Assembly: GCA_050950825.1 (NCBI GenBank)
Contig: JBMNIH010000002.1
Coordinates: 480,001 to 544,000 of the forward strand
DNA length: 64,000 nt
Direction: 5' to 3'
Source: Clostridia bacterium
Lineage (GTDB): Bacteria > Bacillota > Clostridia > JAAYHZ01
Below are positions 1-8,264 of this stretch, one piece after another; within the stretch, counting starts at the first letter, position 1, and every line of letters begins with the position of its first letter. Made by a program: the position numbers and the translations under genes. Under the pieces are notes generated by a model. That model had not been told where the DNA came from, ran no database searches, and saw only the letters and a list, made by a program, of their open reading frames with translations.

Positions 1-332
1 ACGATTTCATCGATGATCTCGGGCAGGATAAGAGGCTCATCCCCTTGAATATTCACCACAATATCGCAATCCGTGTTTCGCGCAACCTCGGAAACCCTGT
101 CGCTTCCGGTTTGATGGTCTTTGGATGTCATGGCTGCTTCTCCCCCGAAGCCCTCTACCGCTTTGTATATCCGTTCATCGTCGGTGGCAACGATGACCTT
201 ATCGATCAGTTTCGCTTTGCATGCTTGTTCGTAAACGTGTTGAATCATAGGCTTTCCGCAAATGTCCTTCAACGGCTTTCCTTCCAACCTCGTTGAGCCG
301 TAACGTGCAGGGATAATGCCGATTGTTTTCAT
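1..332 (-). CDS. kdsB: 3-deoxy-manno-octulosonate (Kdo) cytidylyltransferase family protein, 5' part only (runs off the window)
   Basis: Not in the ORF track. Manual translation from ATG at 332 gives [35 protein letters not shown]...VATDDERI...HQTGSDRV...[10 protein letters not shown], which carries the classic KdsB motifs (IPARYxSTRL.GKPL, GxDR, NxQGDEP). GGAGG RBS upstream. Confidence 0.9.
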   Translation of the reverse strand, partial: MKTIGIIPARYGSTRLEGKPLKDICGKPMIQHVYEQACKAKLIDKVIVATDDERIYKAVEGFGGEAAMTSKDHQTGSDRVSEVARNTDCDIVVNIQGDEPLILPEIIDEI

Positions 333-359
333 GTTGACCCTCCGTAAAATTTCATTTTG

Positions 360-812
360 TTATTCCGTCATTACTTTAACAACAATTTTTACAACACCGC
401 TTTCTTTTTCGGCATTCCTTCCGGGCATATGGGCATCTTCGGGAAAAAGAATCATAAAGCTTCCTTCATCGACGGTGATAAAGTCCCCTTCCCCCGAATA
501 CCGGGCAACGTCGTTGTCGGCGTCGTATTCTTTTGTATTACTCAGGCTGTGAATGTTGGCATAGCCGATTCTCTCACGGCCTTTGCAAACATATTGAATG
601 TCAATATACTTTCCGTGAGCTTCCCATTGGGTATTGTCGACGGGCTTCGTTGTGTATTCGCTGACAACGGCATACAATTTTTTACCGTCAATCTCATGTA
701 CCCCGATCTCCGGATCGGATTTCGCAATTTTTTGTAAAAAAGCAAGTCCGCGGGCAATTCTTTCGTCGATTCCTTGGTATATACGGGCATTGTAAAGCTT
801 ATCGGTTATCAT
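360..812 (-). CDS. YhcH/YjgK/YiaL (NanQ-like) beta-barrel protein, putative sugar-acid anomerase
   Basis: WEAHGKYIDIQY and FPEDAHMP motifs; C-terminal KIVVKV. Confidence 0.88.
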   Translation of the reverse strand: MITDKLYNARIYQGIDERIARGLAFLQKIAKSDPEIGVHEIDGKKLYAVVSEYTTKPVDNTQWEAHGKYIDIQYVCKGRERIGYANIHSLSNTKEYDADNDVARYSGEGDFITVDEGSFMILFPEDAHMPGRNAEKESGVVKIVVKVMTE

Positions 813-834
813 ATTCGGAATCCTCCTTGATATA

Positions 835-2052
835 TCAATACGTAAATTTTTTTGATTGAATCTTGCTTAGCATTAATGTTTTGTCCAACGGTTTAATTTC
901 TTTTACGATATACTCCCTCATCGCCTGTCCTTCCGGCGACTGCTGCGGATAACTGATAAAGTCGAGATCGATACCGAGAGCACGGCTGACTTTCAAAGCC
1001 ATTATAGGCCATATAACGCCGATATCGCCGACAATGGGAATGCTGTTTTCCAGTCTAGAGAATGCGGACATCTCCATACGGAACGGGATTTTCGACAGCT
1101 TGGTTTTGGGCAGCCCCTTGTCAATCGCTGATTGAATGGTACCGCTTTTTTTGTCCAGCTCCCAAGCTTTTTTCAGGTTCTCATCCAAATCGATCCTGAT
1201 AATGGTTTTGTCCTTCAGACTGTAGGTGTTGTATCCCATCCGGTGGTGCCATATTCCGTGACCCGTATACGTTTCAAAGGGACCGTCATGGATCTCCTGC
1301 GTTAAGACAACGGCAGACTCAATAATCACATCCGCATCCTGCAGCATTTGAGCGATTCTTGCGCATCTTTGCGTATTCGGTATGCTGTCCGCGATGCACA
1401 TGCCCACCGCTCCGCCGCCTACCAGTTGTGGAACACTGACAAGAACCGGTATCCCCTTCCTTGCTCCCGTACCGATCATGGTGCGTTCATCGGCCCCTAA
1501 GCCGGCTACGCTTTCAAAGGGCATGCCGTAAGTCCTTGCAATGGCACCGATTTCGTAAGCGAGCATTTCCGTGCGTAGTCCCATGGGATAAGCCATATTC
1601 CCCGCCGCCTTGATGATGACCGAGCCTTCGATTTCGGCGCCTCGTTTTAACAGGTTTTCGTCCAAAATCATCTCTTTACTTAAGGTATCCAATTGCTCTT
1701 CCGTCATTTCGGTAAACTCAAATATGTTACCTCTCGGTGTTTTGGAAAGGTCAATGTATCCTTTTAATTTTTCCGCATCCACCCTCTTTACCTTATCAAG
1801 AACGCCGCCCATTTCATGGGCAATTACCGCGGAGCTGGTGGTAACGCCGTCGATGATTCCTTTTTTCATAAGCTCCGCGATCAGCGTCGTAACCCCTTCG
1901 TGGATGTTGGGCCCGCTGCCCGTAGCCACAACCACTTTACCGCCTTTTTTCTTCACCTCGACTATTTTATCCACGGACCGATCCGTGAAGCTTTTTGTCT
2001 CGGCATCCAAAAGGTTATACAAACCGTTTATGACCTCGCAATTTACATTCAT
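835..2052 (-). CDS. Uncharacterised protein with deoxyhypusine-synthase-like (NAD-binding) fold
   Basis: VVVATGSGPNIHEGVTTLIAELMKKGIIDGVTTSSAVIAHEM, ARKGIPVLV and IVGDIGVIWPIM parallel DHS segments (by-eye alignment). Confidence 0.6.
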   Translation of the reverse strand: MNVNCEVINGLYNLLDAETKSFTDRSVDKIVEVKKKGGKVVVATGSGPNIHEGVTTLIAELMKKGIIDGVTTSSAVIAHEMGGVLDKVKRVDAEKLKGYIDLSKTPRGNIFEFTEMTEEQLDTLSKEMILDENLLKRGAEIEGSVIIKAAGNMAYPMGLRTEMLAYEIGAIARTYGMPFESVAGLGADERTMIGTGARKGIPVLVSVPQLVGGGAVGMCIADSIPNTQRCARIAQMLQDADVIIESAVVLTQEIHDGPFETYTGHGIWHHRMGYNTYSLKDKTIIRIDLDENLKKAWELDKKSGTIQSAIDKGLPKTKLSKIPFRMEMSAFSRLENSIPIVGDIGVIWPIMALKVSRALGIDLDFISYPQQSPEGQAMREYIVKEIKPLDKTLMLSKIQSKKFTY

Positions 2053-2080
2053 TTCCTACCCCCTCGCTTTGGTATATATT

Positions 2081-2143
2081 GTTCTATATATTAGAACACT
2101 GTTCTCTAATAAATATATTATGATACATTAAAAAAAATGTCAA
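2081..2143 (-). promoter_or_regulatory. Probable sigmaA promoter with operator palindrome upstream of the DHS-like/yhcH/kdsB unit
   Basis: TTGACA (rc of 2138-2143) with an AT-rich -10 about 17 bp downstream; perfect palindrome AGAACA-C-TGTTCT at 2093-2105, overlapping GTTCT-N7-AGAAC. Confidence 0.55.
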
Positions 2144-2159
2144 CCATGAGGACAAATAT

Positions 2160-3473
2160 TTAATCGTTACGTATTTTCAATCTTGAGACGTAGCCGCCAC
2201 TATGCCGGTCCAAGGAATAGACTTCGAGCCATAGGTCGGAAGCTCTTTGTTCTTGTTTTAAGGGGATTTTTCCTTGTACTTCTTGAAAACCCCTTACCTT
2301 TACAACGGTATGGTCGATTTGTTTTACGGTCATGGAAGGAAGGGCTTTTCCCTTCTCCGCTGCAGGAGGAAGCGCGGGGTTTCCGTTATATACCGTAACC
2401 AAGGTCCGGTTGCTGTTGAACACTCCTTGGTTTTTAAGAGTAAAACAAATCGTTTGGTCGACGATTTTCGCATCGTTAACGTCCACATGATGATGCAATT
2501 GGTCTTCTTTAACGGAAACACAAGCATATGCGTCCACAATTCCGTAGCCTAGCAAGTCGCTTTTGCCATCCTCGTCAACAGGCAATTGTTGGGGCATATA
2601 CGCCGTATTCTGCATGATTTGCTTTATTTGCTCGTTTTTCAACTGCGGAAATCTTGCTCTTACCAACGCGGCTACGCCTCCCGCGAATCCGCACGCCATA
2701 CAACCGCCGGTAAAAAAGATGTAATTTTGATCGCCGCCGTAGCCGTAAATATGGTCCGTTTCCGGCTTTCCCTTTCGTTCCCCTCCGGGAGCGGCCATAT
2801 CCACGTAATCCGCAGAGTCGCATATATCTGCCGGCAAATGATGTCGGTTGGAGGATCCGACGGCAATCACGGCATCCGTTCCGGTGTAATAAGCCACCCT
2901 TCGACCGCGATTGTCACAGGTCCCGGAAAAGATCATACAATCGTTATCGTAGGCATAGTCCAATGCTTCCAACAGCTCCGTATTATCATACGGAAAAGCA
3001 AAGTCGCCACCCAACTCAAACAGGCTTTTCCCGTATTCTCGTTCTCCGTTTAAATATCCGTGGGGCATAACGATAACGGATGCACCGTTATCCACGGCAA
3101 AGCGTACGGCTTTACTCCAGCAGTCCGGATTTCCGTAACCTACTCGGACAATCATAATTTTGCATTCGGGAGCCGTATTTGCAATCTCGCCCGCCACAAA
3201 TACGTGGTGGCCTTTATGATAATCGTTTTGAGGGTTGTCGTATTCCAACGTATAGTCATCGGAAAACGCGTCATAACCGTTGACCGTGCCGATACCGGGA
3301 ATGCTCTTTTCCCAAAGATGCCCCTCCATCATGGGATGGTGACGATACCCTAAGTCGATTACCGCGACAATGATATCGGCGGATGAACGGGTAATCCGGT
3401 GGGCTTGATGAACATTCAAGCATTCCAATGCCCAACCGTAAGGCTTTAAAGAAAAATCGGATAAGTCATTCAT
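2160..3473 (-). CDS. Subtilisin-like (S8) fold protein with Cys at the nucleophile position
   Basis: VAVIDLG (Asp), GHHVFVAG (His), CDN (oxyanion Asn), VDMAAPG, GGCMACGFAGGVAAL in place of GTSMAxPxVAG, and a GYGIVDA tail. Confidence 0.85.
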   Translation of the reverse strand: MNDLSDFSLKPYGWALECLNVHQAHRITRSSADIIVAVIDLGYRHHPMMEGHLWEKSIPGIGTVNGYDAFSDDYTLEYDNPQNDYHKGHHVFVAGEIANTAPECKIMIVRVGYGNPDCWSKAVRFAVDNGASVIVMPHGYLNGEREYGKSLFELGGDFAFPYDNTELLEALDYAYDNDCMIFSGTCDNRGRRVAYYTGTDAVIAVGSSNRHHLPADICDSADYVDMAAPGGERKGKPETDHIYGYGGDQNYIFFTGGCMACGFAGGVAALVRARFPQLKNEQIKQIMQNTAYMPQQLPVDEDGKSDLLGYGIVDAYACVSVKEDQLHHHVDVNDAKIVDQTICFTLKNQGVFNSNRTLVTVYNGNPALPPAAEKGKALPSMTVKQIDHTVVKVRGFQEVQGKIPLKQEQRASDLWLEVYSLDRHSGGYVSRLKIRND

Positions 3474-3484
3474 GCTTTATCCTC

Positions 3485-4534
3485 CTACCCAATGGGGTTC
3501 CAAACGATCTCTACCTTTTTTCCGGGTACCGCTTCGATGTTGATCAAGGTGTCGGCGCCCTTTCGTTTTATACTCTCCGTTTTATTATGTCCCGTAAATC
3601 CCCCTGACGTTATTGAAAATGAGGTGTTCACTTTGGCCGTATGAGGATCGATGCTTACACCGGAAATTTTTACGGTCACCATGGAGTTGATAACGCCGAC
3701 AGGCCAGCTTCCGTTCATGTCGAATCGGATTCGGTTTTCTTCGCATTCCACGTTTTCGATACGAATGTTTCTTCTCATCAGCTCGTAATCAATCGCGTCA
3801 TCCGGTTTTACGGCCCAAAAATTCCCTTCGGATATTTCGTACAGCTTTTCGAAGTACCGGGTAAGATACAAGGGGGTGGTGCATTTGTGAGATTGGGGTA
3901 CATCCCACATCACAAGATGGGTGGTCAACAGCACCCAAGAATCCTTAACAAAGTCAAGGGACAAGTTTTCCAACCTCAACTCGTTCGGCCATCCCGGTCT
4001 TTCTTTAAAGCCGCCGGATGCCAGCATGCAATTTCCGATGTTGTAAAAATCGTAGCCTTCTCGGTTCGGGCCTCCTTCTACCGACACGCAAGCCAAGTAA
4101 TGCTGCTTTACCAAATCCAAAACGGATTCGTAGTTATACATATCGTTGCATACGGTAAAGATCCGGACCGGGTAATCAATCTCATCCTCAAGTCTGTATT
4201 TGCTCCATACGATTTCTCGAAACATGTTCAGTCCCGGCGATGCCGGAAAACAATAGTGGCTCCAGCTGTGATTGCCGACTCCCCAGCCTTTGTTCAATAA
4301 AAACTTCAAATCATCGGCGCTCATATGGACATAATCATTCAAAGAGCTTAAATAGCAATTTCGTTTTCGTCCCAATTGGCCGGCTACCACATCCACATGT
4401 CCCGGTATATTGAACCTTTCATGAATTGGCAGGGCATTGGCCAGACAATCCACCGTTCCTTCATCGTAGGTCATGGAAAATGCAAATAACGCATCGTTTT
4501 TGAATCGGCAAATACGAACATCAATGTTGCTCAT
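3485..4534 (-). CDS. Polysaccharide deacetylase (CE4/NodB-like) family protein
   Basis: SMTYDEG and GNHSWSH motifs. Confidence 0.75.
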   Translation of the reverse strand: MSNIDVRICRFKNDALFAFSMTYDEGTVDCLANALPIHERFNIPGHVDVVAGQLGRKRNCYLSSLNDYVHMSADDLKFLLNKGWGVGNHSWSHYCFPASPGLNMFREIVWSKYRLEDEIDYPVRIFTVCNDMYNYESVLDLVKQHYLACVSVEGGPNREGYDFYNIGNCMLASGGFKERPGWPNELRLENLSLDFVKDSWVLLTTHLVMWDVPQSHKCTTPLYLTRYFEKLYEISEGNFWAVKPDDAIDYELMRRNIRIENVECEENRIRFDMNGSWPVGVINSMVTVKISGVSIDPHTAKVNTSFSITSGGFTGHNKTESIKRKGADTLINIEAVPGKKVEIVWNPIG

Positions 4535-4555
4535 GGCGACCTCCTGCCGTCAATT

Positions 4556-5524
4556 TTAAAATGAATCGTCAATGACTATTTTCTTGCCTGTGATTGCGCT
4601 TTCCGTGGCGATTACGGCGATTCTGTTTGCACGTAAAGAGTGCTCCGTGTTGACGATGGGGCTTCCTTTCAGCCAGGTTTCCACCACACTCATTCGCTCC
4701 GGCAAAGGAACCTTCATGCCGACACTCTCTTGGTTTGTACAGAAAACCGTTCCCGCCGCCATGTCCATATCCAGCACTCCCTGTGTTCCGGCAATCATAA
4801 CCCGATAATCGCTTCCTTTTGTTTGCGGGAGCATGCGTTGGCCTTCAATGACCGCCGTGCCGCCGTTGCTTAATTCGCAGTACATGGATGCATGGTTTCG
4901 CAAATTTACTTCGTTTTCGTATCCGATGTTTCCCGTTCGGGCAAGGATGCTTTGAATTTTCAATCCGGTCATCCACTCCAATGCATCGATTCCGTGTATC
5001 AAAAGGTCCAAGAACATGCCTCCGGACCGATTCACGTCTAAAAACCAAGGCGGACGCTGTTCTTTCTTCAATTGCACCGACATCCGAATGTGGCAGTGCA
5101 CCGGCTCTCCGATCATTTTTTTATCCATGCATTCCTTGACGGCCATGTACGAGGGATTGCCCCTTAGCGTCAAAAGCATGATGATGTCTTTTTTTAGCCG
5201 GGATACCGTTTTCTCGATTTCCGCTTGTTCGTTCCGGGTTATGCATAAAGGCTTATCCACCACAACATCCATCCCGCGGGTCATACACTTTTGAACGGTT
5301 TCAAATTTTAGATCGTTTTCGTTGGCAATGCCTGCAAGGTCAAGGGCGTGGTTTTCCGGCATGGCATCCGCATTTCGGTAATTGGGAATACCGTATTGCT
5401 TAAAATGCTTATTGTAAATATCCTCGTTGACGCTTACGGCAACCAAATCGATTCCTTTACCGATACAACCCGTTATTTCGCTTAAATGGGTTTCCCCGCC
5501 GATAATGCATGCTTTCCTATTCAT
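4556..5524 (-). CDS. Gfo/Idh/MocA family oxidoreductase
   Basis: VDKP and GGMFLDLLIHGID motifs; start set at MNRKACIIGG behind an AAGGAG RBS. Confidence 0.85.
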   Translation of the reverse strand: MNRKACIIGGETHLSEITGCIGKGIDLVAVSVNEDIYNKHFKQYGIPNYRNADAMPENHALDLAGIANENDLKFETVQKCMTRGMDVVVDKPLCITRNEQAEIEKTVSRLKKDIIMLLTLRGNPSYMAVKECMDKKMIGEPVHCHIRMSVQLKKEQRPPWFLDVNRSGGMFLDLLIHGIDALEWMTGLKIQSILARTGNIGYENEVNLRNHASMYCELSNGGTAVIEGQRMLPQTKGSDYRVMIAGTQGVLDMDMAAGTVFCTNQESVGMKVPLPERMSVVETWLKGSPIVNTEHSLRANRIAVIATESAITGKKIVIDDSF

Positions 5525-5628
5525 TGCGACTCCTTCTTTTTCGGTTTCATTTGTTTTTATTATACCGAATACCCTGCGGTATTTTTTATGTTCTTTATAC
5601 ATTATTTAAGTTTTTATGCGAAAAAATT

Positions 5629-5660
5629 AAAAACGGCCGTGGGTTATTTCCACAGCCGCT
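5629..5660 (-). terminator. Intrinsic terminator of rny
   Basis: On the minus strand, GCGGCTGTGGG-AAATAA-CCCACGGCCG followed by a T-tract. Confidence 0.7.
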
Positions 5661-5673
5661 AAATGTCAATTTC

Positions 5674-7239
5674 CTATTTTGCGTAATCGACCGCTCTTGT
5701 TTCTCGAATGACATTGACCTTGATTTGTCCGGGATATTCCAGTTCGCTTTCAATTCGTTTTACAATATCTCGTGATTTAATAATCAAGTCATCGTCCGAT
5801 ACTTCTTCAGGTTTTACAATAATACGAATTTCTCTGCCGGCCTGAATGGCGTAAACCTTATCTACGCCGTCAAAGGAATCGGCAATTTCTTCAAGTTTTT
5901 CGATCCTCTTAATGTAAGATTCCAGTGTTTCTCTTCTTGCTCCGGGTCGTGCGGCGGAAATGGAGTCTGCCGCTTGAACAAGTATAGCTTCGATGCTGGT
6001 GGGCTCAACGTCTCCGTGGTGAGCTAAGACGGCATTGATGACTCTTTCGCTTTCATTGTATTTTCTCAATATGTCAGCGCCGATAGTAACATGAGAACCT
6101 TCTATTTCATGATCGACGGCTTTTCCAATGTCATGCAACAAGCCCGCTCTTTTTGCAGGCATTACGTCGATACCCAATTCTCCTGCCATAATTCCGGCCA
6201 AGTGCGAAACCTCGATGGAATGGTTGAGTACACTTTGACCGTAGCTTGTTCGATACCTTAACTTCCCGATTAGCTTTACGAGATCAGGGTGAAGTCCGTG
6301 GACTCCCGTTTCAAACGTTGCTCTGTCTCCTTCTTCTTTGATAATCGTTTCAATTTCCTTCTGCGCTTTTGCCACCATTTCTTCAATTCTTGCCGGATGG
6401 ATTCTTCCGTCCAAGATTAATTTTTCCAATGCAATGCGCGCCACTTCTCTTCGAATCGGATCAAATCCGGATAATATAACCGCTTCAGGCGTATCGTCGA
6501 TAATGATATCTATACCGGTGAGGGTTTCCAAGGTACGAATATTTCTTCCTTCTCTTCCGATTATTCGACCCTTCATTTCATCGTTAGGCAACGCTACGAC
6601 CGATACGGTGGTTTCGGATACATGATCTGCTGCGCATTTTTGGATGGCTGTCGCAATAATTTCCTTGGCCTTGCGTTCCGCTTCTTCCTTCGTCTTCTCT
6701 TCGAGCTCTTTTAACAACATTGCTTTTTCATGTTTTACTTCGTTTTCGAGAGAGTTTAGTAAGAATTGTTTTCCTTCTTCGACGGTTAAACCGGAGATTC
6801 TTTCTAGTTCTTTGAGTTGTTGTTCCTCTATCCTTTCAATATTGGCTTTCGCCTCATTAATCTTTTCTTCTCGAAGATCAAGCTCTTTGCTTCTTCCTTC
6901 CAATTCGATGGTTTTCTTGTCGATTGCTTCCTCTTTTTGAATGAGTCGTCTTTCTTGTCTGGCAAGTTCATTTCTTCTTTCCCGAACTTCCTTTTCCAAG
7001 TTGAGCTTTGATTTATGAATTTCTTCTTTCGCCATCAACAAGTATTCTCTTTTTTTGCCTTCGGCTTGGCGTTCCGCTTCAATAATGATTCGTTTCGCTT
7101 CTTCCTCGGCACTGCCGATCGCTTCTTCGGCAACTTTTCTTCGGTGTTCTATCCCTTTCTTAAAAGCTATCAATGAAGCAAAAACTGCAATGATTAAACC
7201 AATAACAAAACCAATTATATATTTAAATATATAAGCCAC
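5674..7239 (-). CDS. rny: Ribonuclease Y
   Basis: N-terminal TM, coiled coil, KH domain ([13 protein letters not shown]), HD domain (LLHDIGK). Confidence 0.97.
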   Translation of the reverse strand: MAYIFKYIIGFVIGLIIAVFASLIAFKKGIEHRRKVAEEAIGSAEEEAKRIIIEAERQAEGKKREYLLMAKEEIHKSKLNLEKEVRERRNELARQERRLIQKEEAIDKKTIELEGRSKELDLREEKINEAKANIERIEEQQLKELERISGLTVEEGKQFLLNSLENEVKHEKAMLLKELEEKTKEEAERKAKEIIATAIQKCAADHVSETTVSVVALPNDEMKGRIIGREGRNIRTLETLTGIDIIIDDTPEAVILSGFDPIRREVARIALEKLILDGRIHPARIEEMVAKAQKEIETIIKEEGDRATFETGVHGLHPDLVKLIGKLRYRTSYGQSVLNHSIEVSHLAGIMAGELGIDVMPAKRAGLLHDIGKAVDHEIEGSHVTIGADILRKYNESERVINAVLAHHGDVEPTSIEAILVQAADSISAARPGARRETLESYIKRIEKLEEIADSFDGVDKVYAIQAGREIRIIVKPEEVSDDDLIIKSRDIVKRIESELEYPGQIKVNVIRETRAVDYAK

Positions 7240-7379
7240 CTCCTATTCAGTTGTCAATTTGCAGACAATCTCTATTGTGTCAATAACAATTGTAATCAAA
7301 TTTAGAATGGTCTGTCAAGCACAAATATGCTTTCGACGGATATTTCTATATCACTTTATCCGGATAGAGTGCTCGTAAG

Positions 7380-8240
7380 TTACGTATTCGCATTTTCCCT
7401 GATTTTTGCAGCCGTTACCGTATTTCTTAACAACATGGTAATGGTCATGGGGCCCACACCGCCGGGAACCGGCGTAATGGCTCCCGCTATATCCTTCACG
7501 TTTTCAAAATCCACGTCTCCGGCCAATTTCCCCGTTTCCAAACGATTGATGCCCACGTCAATGACCACGGCACCGGGTTTCACCATGTCCGCCGTTATAA
7601 AGCGAGGCTTTCCGATGGCCGCCACCAAGATGTCGGCCCTCTTCGTAACCTCCTTCAAATTGGCGGTTCTGCTGTGAGCAACGGTAACCGTGCCGTTTTC
7701 CTTCATCAAAAGCATCGCCATCGGTTTTCCGACGATGTTGCTTCTTCCTACCACAACGCATTCCTTACCTTCCGGCTTCACCCCGGAAAGCTTGATAAGC
7801 TCCATGCATCCTGCAGGAGTACAGGGCAAAAACACCGGATTGCCGGTAAAGAGTTTTCCGGAATTGACGGGATGAAAGCAATCCACATCCTTATTCGGAT
7901 CAATGGCGTCGATGACCTTTTGGGCATTGATGTGGGCCGGTAAAGGCAATTGAACCAATATGCCGTGGACAGCCGAATCCCTATTCAACCGATCAATCAA
8001 ATCCAACAACGTCTTTTCTTCGGTTTTTTCTTCCAAAAAATATTGAAAGGATTGTATCCCAACTTCTTCGCATGCCTTCTTTTTATTATTCACGTAAATC
8101 TTGGATGCCGGATCGTCCCCTACCAGAACCACGGCTAAACCCGGCCGGTTTCCCTCTCGGGTCATTTGCTCAACCTCTTTTTTGATTTCCTCTCGAATAA
8201 CCGTTGACAATTCTTTTCCGCTTAATATTTTTCCGCTCAT
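7380..8240 (-). CDS. folD: Bifunctional methylenetetrahydrofolate dehydrogenase/cyclohydrolase
   Basis: GILVQLPLP, KDVDC, PCTPAG, GRSNIVGKP and TPVPGGVGPMT motifs. Confidence 0.97.
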   Translation of the reverse strand: MSGKILSGKELSTVIREEIKKEVEQMTREGNRPGLAVVLVGDDPASKIYVNNKKKACEEVGIQSFQYFLEEKTEEKTLLDLIDRLNRDSAVHGILVQLPLPAHINAQKVIDAIDPNKDVDCFHPVNSGKLFTGNPVFLPCTPAGCMELIKLSGVKPEGKECVVVGRSNIVGKPMAMLLMKENGTVTVAHSRTANLKEVTKRADILVAAIGKPRFITADMVKPGAVVIDVGINRLETGKLAGDVDFENVKDIAGAITPVPGGVGPMTITMLLRNTVTAAKIRENANT

Positions 8241-8264
8241 TTCATACACTCCAACACTGTCTAT

